Shown here: piece after piece, positions 30,646 to 40,504 of the stretch
Layout: each line of letters opens with the position of its first letter
Position numbering within the stretch: position 1 is the first letter of the stretch
DNA from: Polyangiaceae bacterium
Lineage (GTDB): Bacteria > Myxococcota_A > Polyangia > Polyangiales > Polyangiaceae
Direction: 5' to 3'
Assembly (NCBI GenBank): GCA_044376115.1
Contig: JBILLK010000006.1
Span: 352,001 to 416,000, forward strand
DNA: 64,000 nucleotides
Program-made: the position numbers and the translations under genes
Notes under the pieces: model-generated
Database searches by the model: none
Seen by the model: only the letters and a program-made list of their open reading frames with translations
Told to the model about the DNA's origin: nothing

Positions 30646-31953
30646 ATGTCAAACGCTGGGCCGCTCGACCTCTTGCTGATCTCTGGCGTGCGAGCCGTGG
30701 ATCCGGCGCGCAACCTGGATGGGGACGTGGACTGCGTGGTGGAGCGCGGGGTGATCACGCGGCTGGGCAAAGACGCGATCGGCGCTGAGCTACGCGCCTC
30801 TGAGCGGGCCGTTCACTTCGATGGGCGAGGCAAGCTGCTGCTTCCGGCCTTCGTCGATCTTCACGCGCACGTGCGTGAGCCGGGCGAGGAGTACAAGGAG
30901 GACATTCGCTCGGGTTTGCGCGCCGCAGCGCACGGTGGCTTCGCGCACATTTGCGCGATGCCCAACACCAAGCCGGTGAACGACAAGCGCTCGATCACCG
31001 AGGCCATCGTCGCGCGCGCGCGTGAGGTCGGCGGCCCGACGCTGCATCCGATCGGCGCTATCACCGTGGGGCAGCTGGGCAAAGAGCTGACCGAGGTCGC
31101 CGATCTGCGCGAGGCCGGTGCGGTTGGGATCAGCGATGACGGGCGTTGCGTGATGAACGCTGCAGTGATGCGGCGCGCGCTGCAATACGCCGAGACCTTC
31201 GACATCCCGGTGATCCAACATTGTGAAGATCACGATCTGACCGAAGGCGCCGAGATGCACGAGGGGCGAGTCTCGACCGAGCTTGGGCTGCGCGGTTGGC
31301 CCGCCGTGGCCGAGGACATCATCGTCGCGCGCGACGTGCTGCTGGCCGAGTCGACGCGCGCGAAGTACCACGTCGCGCACGTCTCCACCCGCGGCGCCGT
31401 ACGCATCATTCGCGAGGCGAAGGCGCGCGGCATCCGCGTCACCGCCGAGGTCACGCCGCATCACCTGCTGCTCACCCACGACGCGGTGGTGGGCTATCGC
31501 ACGGCGTGCAAAGTGAACCCGCCGCTGCGCGAAGAGGCCGACGTGTTGGCGCTGCAAGCCGCGCTCGCCGACGGAACGATCGACGCGATCGCTACCGATC
31601 ATGCGCCACATTCGGTGCTGGAGAAGGACTGCGAGTTCTCCGAGGCTCGCCCCGGAATGGTCGGGCTCGAGTTCGCCATCAGCCTGATGTTCCAGCTGGT
31701 TTCACAAGGCAAGCTGCCGCTCGCGCGGCTCGTAGATGCGCTCTCCACCTCCCCGTCGAAGATCATCGCGATCGATCCGCCCACGTTGAAGGAAGGCAAA
31801 CTCGCCGAGCTCGTGCTTTTCGATCCGGCGCGGCCGTACTTGGTCGGAAACCTCGTATCCAAGAGCGAAAATACGCCGTTCTTAGGGCAAACCCTGCAAG
31901 GCCGGGTGCTTTTGACCTTGGCCCGCGGCGAGCTCGTGCATCGGCTGGATTGA
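30646..31953 (+). CDS. pyrC: Dihydroorotase
   Basis: DLHAHVREPG, MPNTKP, HCED, HVAHVST, KVNPPLR, ATDHAPH, SKSENTPF. Confidence 0.93.
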   Translation: MSNAGPLDLLLISGVRAVDPARNLDGDVDCVVERGVITRLGKDAIGAELRASERAVHFDGRGKLLLPAFVDLHAHVREPGEEYKEDIRSGLRAAAHGGFAHICAMPNTKPVNDKRSITEAIVARAREVGGPTLHPIGAITVGQLGKELTEVADLREAGAVGISDDGRCVMNAAVMRRALQYAETFDIPVIQHCEDHDLTEGAEMHEGRVSTELGLRGWPAVAEDIIVARDVLLAESTRAKYHVAHVSTRGAVRIIREAKARGIRVTAEVTPHHLLLTHDAVVGYRTACKVNPPLREEADVLALQAALADGTIDAIATDHAPHSVLEKDCEFSEARPGMVGLEFAISLMFQLVSQGKLPLARLVDALSTSPSKIIAIDPPTLKEGKLAELVLFDPARPYLVGNLVSKSENTPFLGQTLQGRVLLTLARGELVHRLD

Positions 31954-31985
31954 CGATCGAGCAGCGCTGTCCGAGCATGCGCCCC

Positions 31986-32441
31986 ATGAGTGAACGACTG
32001 GGACGGGACGTGTTCGTCGCTTTGGCGGCGGTGGGTTGGGCCGACGGCAAACTCGATGAGGAGGAGGCCGACGCGATCGTGCGTTGCGCCGTGGACGAGG
32101 GGCTCGAACTCGACGAGATCAGCGAGATCGAGGCAGCGACCAAGTCGCCCGTGACGATCGAGTCGATCGACCGTTCGGCGATGTCCAAGGCGGACCGCTT
32201 GTTCGTCTATGCGGTGGCCGCTTGGATGACGCGGCTCGACGGCAAGCGTGACGAGGCCGAGGTGGCTGCGCTTGCTGCGCTGGGTGCGGCGCTCTCGATC
32301 CCGGAGTCCCCGCGCGAACAGGCCGATATCGTCGCACGCGAGATCGCCGAGCTGCCCGAGGGCGACCGTCCGAGCCGCTTCGATCTGTCGAAGTTGCGCG
32401 CCACGCTCAAGCAGCGTCTCGAGGCTGGCAAGAAGGCCTGA
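31986..32441 (+). CDS. TerB-like / DUF533-like protein
   Basis: AAVGWADGKLDEEE and a second RLDGKRDEAE motif. Confidence 0.65.
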   Translation: MSERLGRDVFVALAAVGWADGKLDEEEADAIVRCAVDEGLELDEISEIEAATKSPVTIESIDRSAMSKADRLFVYAVAAWMTRLDGKRDEAEVAALAALGAALSIPESPREQADIVAREIAELPEGDRPSRFDLSKLRATLKQRLEAGKKA

Positions 32442-32450
32442 GCCAGCGAC

Positions 32451-32642
32451 CTAGTGACAGGACGGGCCTTGCTCGGCGTCTTTTGCAGGCGCCGCAGCAG
32501 GGCCTGGTCGTTTGCGGGTCAGGGCAGCGACAGGCACATCGGGTTTGTTCGAGGGCTTCGCTTTGGGCTGACCAAAAAGCTTGCGCCCAAGATAGAAGCT
32601 GGCCGCTCCGACGACGAACCAAACCAGAAGTTGTTGCAGCAC
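32451..32642 (-). CDS. Small single-TM protein downstream of feoB (FeoB-associated type)
   Basis: AAGGA then GTG. MLQQLLVWFVVGAASFYLGRKLFG..., ending in GPSCH. Confidence 0.55.
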   Translation of the reverse strand: MLQQLLVWFVVGAASFYLGRKLFGQPKAKPSNKPDVPVAALTRKRPGPAAAPAKDAEQGPSCH

Positions 32643-32671
32643 GGGCAGGTCCTTTCGTCGGGGGAATTGAG

Positions 32672-34882
32672 TTAGGCGAAGCCCAACAACTTGCCGCCTT
32701 GGTACACCAGCAGCGAGGCGAGATACGCGGCGGCCGTCATGTACACGACCATGAACACGGCCCACTTCCACGAGCCGCTCTCGCGTTTGACGATGGCCAC
32801 GGTGCTCATGCACTGCGCCGCCAACACGAAGAACACCATCAGCGAGATGCTGGAAAGCGGCGTGAACACAGCGCTGCCGCCGGCGTGCTTCGCCTCGCGT
32901 AGCGTTTGATGCAGCGACTCGGACTCTTCGCTGGCGTCGGTGCGGTTGTAGACGAGGGCCAGCGTGGAGACGAACACCTCGCGCGCGGCGAAGGAGCCAA
33001 TCAAGCCGACGCCGATCTTCCAGTCGAAGCCGAGCGGACGAATGGCCGGCTCGATCGCGCGTCCGAGCCGGCCGCCGGCTGAGCTGCGCAGCCGTTCGCC
33101 CGCCTCTTCTGCGTCCACCGCTTGCGTGAGCTCGAGCCGTTCGGCCTCGTCAGCGATCTCGGCGGCAGCCGTGCGGCGCGCCTCGAACTGCTCGTGCACG
33201 CCCTCGCTGCGCGGGTAGTTGAGCAGCGCCCACAGCACGATCGTCAGCGCCAAAATCACGGTGCCTGCGTCGGTGACGAACTGCGAAACTTTGCGCCCCA
33301 CCACCGAGAAGAGGTTGCGCAGTCGCGGCATGCGATAACGCGGCAGCTCGAGCACCAACGTCGGCGCGCTGCCTTTGAGCACCGTCCTGCCCAGCACGGC
33401 GGCCGCAGTCAGGGCCAACACCGCCGAAAGTAGGTACATCGCGAACAGCACCAGCGCGCCTTGCGAGAGCACGCCCAGCACTTTGGCCTCGCGATCGAAG
33501 GCCACGCTCGTAAGCAAGACGTACACCGGTAGCCGCGCCGAACAGGACATGATCGGCACCACCAACATCACCAGCAGTCGGTCGCGTTTGCGCTCCAACG
33601 TGCGAGTCGCGAGCACCGCCGGAATGGCGCAGGCAAAGCCGCTGAGCAGCGGGACGAAGGCGCGCCCGTTGAGGCCCACTCTGCCCATCACCCGGTCGAT
33701 CACGAAGGCGACGCGCGCCAGATAGCCGGAGTCTTCGAGCAGCGTGAGGAAGGCGAACAGGATGGCGATCTGCGGGATGAAGACCAACACATTGCCGACG
33801 CCGGCGATCACGCCGTCGGTCACCAGCTCGTTGAAAGGGCCGGGGGGAATGGCGCCACGGGCGAAGTCCTTCACCGCGTTGGTGCCATCTTCGATCAAGC
33901 CGGTGAGCGGCTCGGCCCAGGCAAACAGCGCCTGGAACACCACGAACATGGTGATCAGAAAGGCGATCAGCCCCCAAAACGGGTGCACCAGGATGTCGTC
34001 GATACGCGTGGTGCGGGTCTTCTGCGGCGCGCCTTGGGGTCGCGCGGGTTCTTCCGCGAGCACGCCCTCGAGCAGCCGATCCACGTGGGCGTAGCGCTCG
34101 ATCACCGTTTGTTCGGCCAGCGCCGAAGAGGCGCTCGCGGCGCGCTCGACGAAGCGCTCGAAGTCGGCGCGGCCCGGCTCGTCGTCGCTCTTGTCGCGCG
34201 AGAGCAGCGCCCATTGCGCGAGCAAGCGGTCATTGCGCGGGCTGCCCGTCGCGGCTCCGGGCGCGGCCTCCGCGAGCCTCGCGAACTCGGCCTCTAGTTC
34301 GGCGGAGAAGGGCGTTGGCTTCGCCAAGGTCGGCGTCGCGAGCTGCTGCTCGATGGCCTTCAGCAGCTCGCTGAGCCCTTCCTTCTTGGGCGCCACCACG
34401 CCCACCACTGGGCAGCCCAGCGCGCTCGCGAGTTGCTCCACCTTCACGCCCAGCCCGAGCGCGCGCGCTTCATCCATCATGCTGAGCGCGATTACGCAGG
34501 GTAGGTCACCGTCGAGCACCTGGGTGGCGAGGTAGAGGCCACGTCGCAACGAGGTCGCATCGAGCACCAGCACCGCTGCTTGGCGAGCCGGCGTCGCTGA
34601 GCCGCCCGCAAACGGCGCTGTCAGGGCCTCCACCGCGATGCGCTCCTCGGTGGAACGCGCCGCGAGGCTGTAGCTCCCGGGCAGGTCCAACAGCCGCGCT
34701 GACTCACCGCCGGGTAGCTTGAAGCCGGCGCTCCCGACTTGGACGGTGATGCCGGGGAAGTTCCCCACGCGCGCCTGCGCCCCGGTGAGCGCGTTGAAAA
34801 GCGTTGATTTGCCGGCGTTCGGGTTGCCGACCAACAGGACTCGCGCTTCGCCCGTCGTGCGCGCGCTGGGCTCAGTCCCCAT
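32672..34882 (-). CDS. feoB: Ferrous iron transporter B
   Basis: GNPNAGKS, VGNFPGIT, DLPGSYSL, LEDSGY, SCSARLP, FAAREV. Confidence 0.96.
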   Translation of the reverse strand: MGTEPSARTTGEARVLLVGNPNAGKSTLFNALTGAQARVGNFPGITVQVGSAGFKLPGGESARLLDLPGSYSLAARSTEERIAVEALTAPFAGGSATPARQAAVLVLDATSLRRGLYLATQVLDGDLPCVIALSMMDEARALGLGVKVEQLASALGCPVVGVVAPKKEGLSELLKAIEQQLATPTLAKPTPFSAELEAEFARLAEAAPGAATGSPRNDRLLAQWALLSRDKSDDEPGRADFERFVERAASASSALAEQTVIERYAHVDRLLEGVLAEEPARPQGAPQKTRTTRIDDILVHPFWGLIAFLITMFVVFQALFAWAEPLTGLIEDGTNAVKDFARGAIPPGPFNELVTDGVIAGVGNVLVFIPQIAILFAFLTLLEDSGYLARVAFVIDRVMGRVGLNGRAFVPLLSGFACAIPAVLATRTLERKRDRLLVMLVVPIMSCSARLPVYVLLTSVAFDREAKVLGVLSQGALVLFAMYLLSAVLALTAAAVLGRTVLKGSAPTLVLELPRYRMPRLRNLFSVVGRKVSQFVTDAGTVILALTIVLWALLNYPRSEGVHEQFEARRTAAAEIADEAERLELTQAVDAEEAGERLRSSAGGRLGRAIEPAIRPLGFDWKIGVGLIGSFAAREVFVSTLALVYNRTDASEESESLHQTLREAKHAGGSAVFTPLSSISLMVFFVLAAQCMSTVAIVKRESGSWKWAVFMVVYMTAAAYLASLLVYQGGKLLGFA

Positions 34883-35123
34883 GGCTGCCTAGCAGGATCT
34901 GGAGGGCCTCGCTCTTGCGGATCGACAGCGCGTAGCCGCGCACCTCGAGTTCCATCGGATCCCCGAGCGGCGCGCGCCTTCGCACGCTGACGTTGGTGCC
35001 GGGGACAAGCCCCATCTCAAGCAGTCTGAGCCGCAGTGGTCCTTCCCCCGTGAGTCCTTTCACAGTCCCGCTTTGGCCCGCTTTGAGATCGGCAAGCGTG
35101 ATGGCGGCATCAGCGGTGGGCAT
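34872..35123 (-). CDS. feoA: Ferrous iron transport protein A
   Basis: RLLEMGLVPG..APLGDP..LSIRKSEA. Overlaps the feoB start. Confidence 0.93.
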   Translation of the reverse strand: MPTADAAITLADLKAGQSGTVKGLTGEGPLRLRLLEMGLVPGTNVSVRRRAPLGDPMELEVRGYALSIRKSEALQILLGSHGD

Positions 35124-35138
35124 GGGCTTCATCTTAAT

Positions 35139-35157
35139 GAAAAAGACTATCGTTATC
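35139..35157. promoter_or_regulatory. Fur-box-like operator
   Basis: Minus strand GATAACGATAGTCTTTTTC matches the consensus GATAATGATAATCATTATC at 15/19. It is an AT-rich island just upstream of feoA. Confidence 0.75.
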
Positions 35158-35301
35158 AACCGAGGAGCGCGCCTCGCGCGGTGCGCCGACCGGGCGCGTT
35201 GTTAAATGACTCGCGCGATGTCGTCCAGCTTTCGCGCCGCCTGCGGGCGGGAGAGTTGTGCTTCCTGTTCACCCTACGATTGACGGGGTATGCGAGCGCG
35301 C

Positions 35302-35628
35302 ATGCCCAACGAGCGTGTGCCTCGCCGAGTCTTTCTGCTTTCAACCGTTGGCGCAGCCACCGTCGTGCCGATGGCCGCAGTCTTCGCCGGTTGCGGCAAG
35401 CGCCTCGACTGCACCGATACCTCGGCGCTAAGCGGCGAAGAGATCACCGCCCGCAATGCCATCGTGTACGTGAACGTCGCGGCCGATCCAGCCAGGCGCT
35501 GTGAGAACTGCGCGCTCTACGTGCGCGCCCCGGCGGCCAACGAGTGCGGCGGTTGCACGCTCGCCAAAGGCCCGATCAGCCCGGCCGGTTCTTGCGCCAA
35601 ATGGGCGCAGACAGCGCCCAAAAGTTAG
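35302..35628 (+). CDS. High-potential iron-sulfur protein (HiPIP), Tat-exported lipoprotein
   Basis: PRRVFL Tat motif, FAGC lipobox, Y..CENCALY...CGGC...PISPAGSCAKW. Confidence 0.85.
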   Translation: MPNERVPRRVFLLSTVGAATVVPMAAVFAGCGKRLDCTDTSALSGEEITARNAIVYVNVAADPARRCENCALYVRAPAANECGGCTLAKGPISPAGSCAKWAQTAPKS

Positions 35629-37196
35629 CGAGCCGTTCGTCGCCTGCGCAGGCGTGTGGCGAGCAACGCTGCGAGGCCGAAGACGAAGCCGAGCCCGCCC
35701 GTTCGAGCCTGCGAGCCTGCGGCGCTCTGGCAGTCGCAACCGCTGGAATCACCGAGCAAGCCGGCTCCACCGCTGCCGCCGCTTCCACCGCTCGCAGCGG
35801 CACCGCCGCTGCCACCTTGCGAAGCGCCGCCGCTTCCACTTCCGCCACCGCCCGAGCCGACGAGCAACCCGCCACCGCCGCCGCCGGCACCGCCGCTGCC
35901 CGGGTTGGGATCGGCCACGCATTCACCGCTCGTGCAAACCTGACCCGCGGGGCAAACCACGCCGCTGCAACCGTCGCTGCAGGTGCCGTCGGGCTGGCAC
36001 ACGCCGCCGTTGGGGCAATCCACCCCGATGCAGGCGTCCAAGATGCAGAGCCCGCTGGCCTCGCAGGTTTGCCCGCCGGGGCAACCTGCACATTGGCACT
36101 TATCGATGCAGGCGCCGCCGTCGCAAACCTGATTGCCGTCACAAACGATCGCGTCGCACGGATCCAAGCAGGCTCCGGCGAGGCAGATTTGATCGGCGGG
36201 GCACACCGCACCCGCGCAGGGATCCACACAGTCTCCGGCCACGCACTTGGTGCCGTCGGGGCAATCCACGCCTTCGCACGCTGGGTCTACGCAGATGCCC
36301 TTCGCGCGATCGCAGGTCTTATCGGCGCTGCATTGGAACTCGCCGCCGCCGCAGTTCGGCACGCAGTTGCCGTTGTCGCAGACCTCGCCGGCGAGGCACA
36401 GCTCCCCGTCGTCCACCGAGCCGTTGCAGTCGTTGTCGAAGCCGTCGCAAATCTCGTTGCTGGGGTCCATCAACGGCACGCAGGCGAGCACGCCGTTTTG
36501 GCACTGATTCGTACCGGCGGCGCATACGCCGGGCTGGCCGGTCTGACACTCGCCACCGCCGCCCGAGCAGGTGATGCCGGTGACGAAGGTGGTCAGATCA
36601 TCGAAGTCATTGTCGCCGCCGGAGATCAGATCTTCCCAACCGAAGTAGAAGGCGTTGGGCACGACGGTGCTGTTGTAGACCAGCAAGTGGACGTACGGAT
36701 TGGCCTGGTTGGAGTCGGGGTTGTAGGCCTTCTCGCTGTAGAAGATGTACGCGTAGTTGGCCGGCCCGCTGTTGGGGTTGCAACCGCCGGTGACCACGCC
36801 CTCGTAAAAGCCGATCTCCCCGCCGAGGTAGGCCGGGTCATTCTGGATGTTGGGCAACGGTGCCACCGTGCCGACCGGGTCGCTGCATTTGATGAACTCG
36901 TGCAGGTCCGCCAGCGAGGGCTGGGAGCCGGTGACGTTGTACCAGCCGAAGGCGTTCTGATAGCCAGCGTTGCGTTGCAACACCTCGAAGGTGAGAGAGC
37001 AGCTCGGTTGGAAGGTCTCCGGCACCGCCGCCGCCGCAGCGAGCGCGTTGATACTCTCACCGCGGAAGTCGAACAGGCCTTGCAGCCCGTTGCCCTGCGG
37101 GATGGGCGTACCGTCCGGCTGATTGAGCGCCAACGCGGGCGACGCAAGCACCAGAGTCGCGAGCCCAAGTCCGAGGGAAGCAACACGATTGCGCAT
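35625..37196 (-). CDS. DUF4114-like / MopE-repeat Cys-rich surface protein with MYXO-CTERM-type anchor
   Basis: AGYQNAFGWY, FGWEDLISGGDNDFDD, EICDGFDNDCNG, C-terminal SGCDC..TM..RRRR. Confidence 0.75.
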   Translation of the reverse strand: MRNRVASLGLGLATLVLASPALALNQPDGTPIPQGNGLQGLFDFRGESINALAAAAAVPETFQPSCSLTFEVLQRNAGYQNAFGWYNVTGSQPSLADLHEFIKCSDPVGTVAPLPNIQNDPAYLGGEIGFYEGVVTGGCNPNSGPANYAYIFYSEKAYNPDSNQANPYVHLLVYNSTVVPNAFYFGWEDLISGGDNDFDDLTTFVTGITCSGGGGECQTGQPGVCAAGTNQCQNGVLACVPLMDPSNEICDGFDNDCNGSVDDGELCLAGEVCDNGNCVPNCGGGEFQCSADKTCDRAKGICVDPACEGVDCPDGTKCVAGDCVDPCAGAVCPADQICLAGACLDPCDAIVCDGNQVCDGGACIDKCQCAGCPGGQTCEASGLCILDACIGVDCPNGGVCQPDGTCSDGCSGVVCPAGQVCTSGECVADPNPGSGGAGGGGGGLLVGSGGGGSGSGGASQGGSGGAAASGGSGGSGGAGLLGDSSGCDCQSAAGSQARTGGLGFVFGLAALLATRLRRRRTAR

Positions 37197-37308
37197 CACC
37201 AAAGCTTACAGCCAGCGCAGGCTGAGCTGCAGGTCCAACTTGGCCCTTCAGCGCAGCAAACGGAGCGCTCTTGGGCCTACATTGGAGCGCAGCCGCGGAC
37301 GTCGCGAG

Positions 37309-37707
37309 TTACGGCCTGAGCGTGCTCGAATCGAACTCGAGCGTGTCTTTGCCGCGGCCCGAACAGATGCAGGCCACGAACTTGTGGCGGTTCGGCTTTT
37401 GCGGATCTCGTTCGGTCGAGGGGCCGAGCTTGCCCTGCTCGAAGCCGTCGGCTTTGCACTTGGTCTCGCAGGCTTTGCGGATCGCTACGTCCTGCTGACT
37501 GACGCCGATCATGGCGGTGCAGCCGCCGAAGCACCCCAGCACCACCGCGCCGCCGAGCGCCAACTTCTTCGCGCGTCCATGTTGCCCGCGCGCCAGCTCA
37601 TTGAGCACGCGGAACTGCTGGGACTTGGCGATCCCGCCGCTCGAGAAGACCAGACCCAGGAAGGTTGCCGCAGCCACCATGAACAGCGCTGCCCCGACCA
37701 ACATCAT
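37309..37707 (-). CDS. Hypothetical membrane protein
   Basis: Two hydrophobic segments and a Cys-containing C-terminal part. Confidence 0.55.
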   Translation of the reverse strand: MMLVGAALFMVAAATFLGLVFSSGGIAKSQQFRVLNELARGQHGRAKKLALGGAVVLGCFGGCTAMIGVSQQDVAIRKACETKCKADGFEQGKLGPSTERDPQKPNRHKFVACICSGRGKDTLEFDSSTLRP

Positions 37708-37748
37708 TGGGTCATTCCTAAGCGACGCTGCTGGGGAAGTCGAGATCG

Positions 37749-38030
37749 CTACATGGTGAGGGCCAGTTTGGCCTTCTCGCCGGCGTGCTTTTTAACGATG
37801 GCTTCGACCTTCTGCTTGATCTCGGCAGCCTCGCCCTTCGGCGTGGAGGAGAGGGTGACGTTCACGGTCTTGTCCCCGTTGTTGATGTTCACACCAACGT
37901 TTGAGTCCACCCCGAGCTCGTTCTTGATGTCGTCGCGAATGGCGTTGGCCTCCTTGAGCATCTCGCAGCCAAAGAGCGAGGTTGCCAGCGCCGCGCCCGT
38001 CAGACCAAGCAGAAGGTTCCTTCGTTTCAT
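37749..38030 (-). CDS. Small lipoprotein
   Basis: MKRRNLLLG..LFGC signal. Confidence 0.7.
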   Translation of the reverse strand: MKRRNLLLGLTGAALATSLFGCEMLKEANAIRDDIKNELGVDSNVGVNINNGDKTVNVTLSSTPKGEAAEIKQKVEAIVKKHAGEKAKLALTM

Positions 38031-38151
38031 GGCCGCAAGCCTATCGCTGCTTCAACGGCCAGGGCGAGTTTAGCGCGCTAGCGAGGCTTAGCCGTTGACT
38101 GTTCGAGGCCGCGCAATCTTCGTTCAGCGCCCAGGTGGCGTTGGTCTGCAC

Positions 38152-39249
38152 CTACCAACTCTTGGCCAAGGGATGACAACGCCCGTCGCTGAGCTGACAA
38201 CCGGGACTGCAATAATCGTGGGCCATCGCTCCGGTGCCGCACCATTCGTCGGGGGCGAGCTTGCGGCCGGGGAAGTGCTGCTTGATGCAGGCCGTCTGAC
38301 GCGGGCGAACGGCCTGACCCAAGGCGAAGGGACGTCCTGGCGCACCTCGTTCCCACGCTTCGGCTTCGTGTTGCGAGAGCGCGGTGAGAGCCTTGATTCG
38401 CTCGTCGAGCAAGGCTGGTGCGGCTTCGGCGAAGGCCAAGCGGGTGATCTCGATGTGCGCCAGCGCCTCGTCGGGACTTTCGGCTTCGGCCTTCGCGAGA
38501 GCCGAGAGCGCAGCGAGCTCCTGCTCGAACACCGCTGCGACGCGCTCGCTGCCGACCTCGAGCTGAGCGACCGCGGATTCGTTGACGAGGGAGTAGGCGC
38601 GCAGATGCCCCACGCGAAAAAAGATGAGACCGATGCGCTCGGGATGGGCGCGAACCTCCTCTTCCGGTACCAGCGCGCCATCGAGGGAGAGCGCGCGCCG
38701 CTGCTCGAGATCGACGATGACCGTGGTTGGCAAGAGCTCGATGCGAACCGGTACGAAGGCGCCCTGATCCCGCTGCAGAACGGCGCCGGCGAGGCTCGGC
38801 CAGACCAGCCGCTGCTGCGCGAACCCCGCGCGAAAGACCAGCTTGGTCCAGGCGTCGGAGAGGCGCAGCTCGCGATCATCGCGCTCATCGAGGACGTTGA
38901 AGTCGGGCGCTTTGCCGTACTGCGGCTTGCGCAAGAGCGGCGCTCCCGAGGGCGAAAGAGCGCGCGCCTCTCCGTCGCGTACCCAGGCGTAGACAGCTCG
39001 CTGCGAGAGGTCGGTGAAGGGCCGTAGCGCGATCGGGGCCGCGACCGCTGGGACCGCTGGGGCGACCGGCGCAACCGGGGCGAGGGCCGCCGCGGGCGGC
39101 GCCGCCACGTGCGCTTTAGGCACAGCCTCGGCTTTCGCCTGGAGCGAGGGTCGAGCTTGCTGCTCGGCGGGCCACGAGGAGCGCGCAGCGCTGGAGCCCG
39201 AGCAGGCCGACAAAGCCAGAAGCAGTGTTCGCGCGAAGGCTTGGTTCAC
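38152..39249 (-). CDS. Hypothetical lipoprotein
   Basis: LSAC lipobox, Pro/Ala linker, Cys-rich end (DEWCGTG). Confidence 0.6.
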   Translation of the reverse strand: MNQAFARTLLLALSACSGSSAARSSWPAEQQARPSLQAKAEAVPKAHVAAPPAAALAPVAPVAPAVPAVAAPIALRPFTDLSQRAVYAWVRDGEARALSPSGAPLLRKPQYGKAPDFNVLDERDDRELRLSDAWTKLVFRAGFAQQRLVWPSLAGAVLQRDQGAFVPVRIELLPTTVIVDLEQRRALSLDGALVPEEEVRAHPERIGLIFFRVGHLRAYSLVNESAVAQLEVGSERVAAVFEQELAALSALAKAEAESPDEALAHIEITRLAFAEAAPALLDERIKALTALSQHEAEAWERGAPGRPFALGQAVRPRQTACIKQHFPGRKLAPDEWCGTGAMAHDYCSPGCQLSDGRCHPLAKSW

Positions 39250-39347
39250 TCGTCACAGCGTATCAGCTCGACGAAAAGGTGAGCCATGCGTGACAAAATC
39301 GTACGTCAGGGCTGTTCTTACGCTGATGAATCCTCTACGTCGTCGCG

Positions 39348-40472
39348 ATGGCTCGACTGCCTGCAGGGCTCGCCGAGATTCGATCGCTCACGGCCTCCGG
39401 ACTGGACCTGATCGTCCAGATGCCGCTCCTTTCCGAGGCCATCCATCGGGCCTTCCCCAGCTTCAGCTTGTCGATGATCCGGGTGGACGACGGCTGCGCG
39501 CCTCGCGAGCACTACAGCGAACACTTCGACGAGTGGAGTCATCGCCTTTTCGCCGACAGCGGGCATCTTTTCGCGGCCGCGGGGAACGACCCTGCTGCCT
39601 TCGGCCGGTTGCTGCGCAATCGGCGACCTGTCGGATCGCTCCTGCGCGCGTCCCCCGAGTACCTCGCGGGAGGAACGTACCAACACTTGTTCCAACGGAA
39701 CGGTATTCATCACTGTCTCGACGTCGCTGTGCGTAGCGCCAATGGTCCGCTGGGCATCCTGGGCGTCTTTCGCGAGCAGGCGGCGCCGCCCTTCACTACG
39801 GAAGACGTCGCACGCATGTCGCTGGTCTACGACGACATCGTACATGCGTTCGAGGCCCGCCAGCTCGTTGGCCCTTTCGACGAGATCGAGTCAGCCGTGC
39901 TGGTGGTGGATGGGCGCGGCGTCATTGAGTGGGCCTCGCCGACCGCGCGAACGTGGTTGGTGGAGGCAGCGGTGGCCGAAGAACGAACGCTGGTAGCCGA
40001 TCGTGCGCAGTTGCCGGCTGCTGCGGCCGAACTCGCGCGTTTGCTGCGCTCTGGACGTAGCGCCGAGGCGACTCCGACGTTGCTATTGCCCGTGGCAGGG
40101 GGACGGCTTCGTCTGCGCGCGTACGGGCTCGCGGCAGCGGCCAACGCCGTCGGTGAATCGGCCAAGGTGGCCATCCAACTTTCGTTCGAGGCCTCGCGAC
40201 TGCTCCGCATCGAGCGGGCGCTGGCCTGCTTGCAGGTCCCGCCGCGGCTGCGCGAGGTCGCCCTGTGGCTGTATCGAGGTGAGGACGCAAAAGCCCGTTT
40301 GGGCGTGACCCAGGAGACGTTCAAGTCGTACCGCAAGGAGCTCTACTTGCGGCTCGAGGTTTCGAGCGTCGAAGGGCTTCGTCAGCGCCTCGATCAGGCG
40401 GCTTCGACGTCGCGTCTCGATCTCGAGCGGCAGCGGCCGCGACAAGCCATCGTCCCCCCCTCGGGGGGGTGA
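39348..40472 (+). CDS. GAF-like sensor / LuxR-type HTH transcriptional regulator
   Basis: GPLGILGVFRE..PPFT (GAF-like) and C-terminal PPRLREVAL..LGVTQETFKSYRKELYLRLEV (HTH). Confidence 0.72.
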   Translation: MARLPAGLAEIRSLTASGLDLIVQMPLLSEAIHRAFPSFSLSMIRVDDGCAPREHYSEHFDEWSHRLFADSGHLFAAAGNDPAAFGRLLRNRRPVGSLLRASPEYLAGGTYQHLFQRNGIHHCLDVAVRSANGPLGILGVFREQAAPPFTTEDVARMSLVYDDIVHAFEARQLVGPFDEIESAVLVVDGRGVIEWASPTARTWLVEAAVAEERTLVADRAQLPAAAAELARLLRSGRSAEATPTLLLPVAGGRLRLRAYGLAAAANAVGESAKVAIQLSFEASRLLRIERALACLQVPPRLREVALWLYRGEDAKARLGVTQETFKSYRKELYLRLEVSSVEGLRQRLDQAASTSRLDLERQRPRQAIVPPSGG

Positions 40473-40504
40473 TGATGGGCGCCGAAAGGGCGCAAGCTTG
40501 CGCC

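Noticed and set aside
35544..37319. Long ORFs antisense to real genes (also 3954-5153, 27854-29230, 38095-39027, 55758-56888)
   Set aside because: Shadow ORFs expected in high-GC DNA. They lack motifs, while the opposite strand encodes recognisable proteins.
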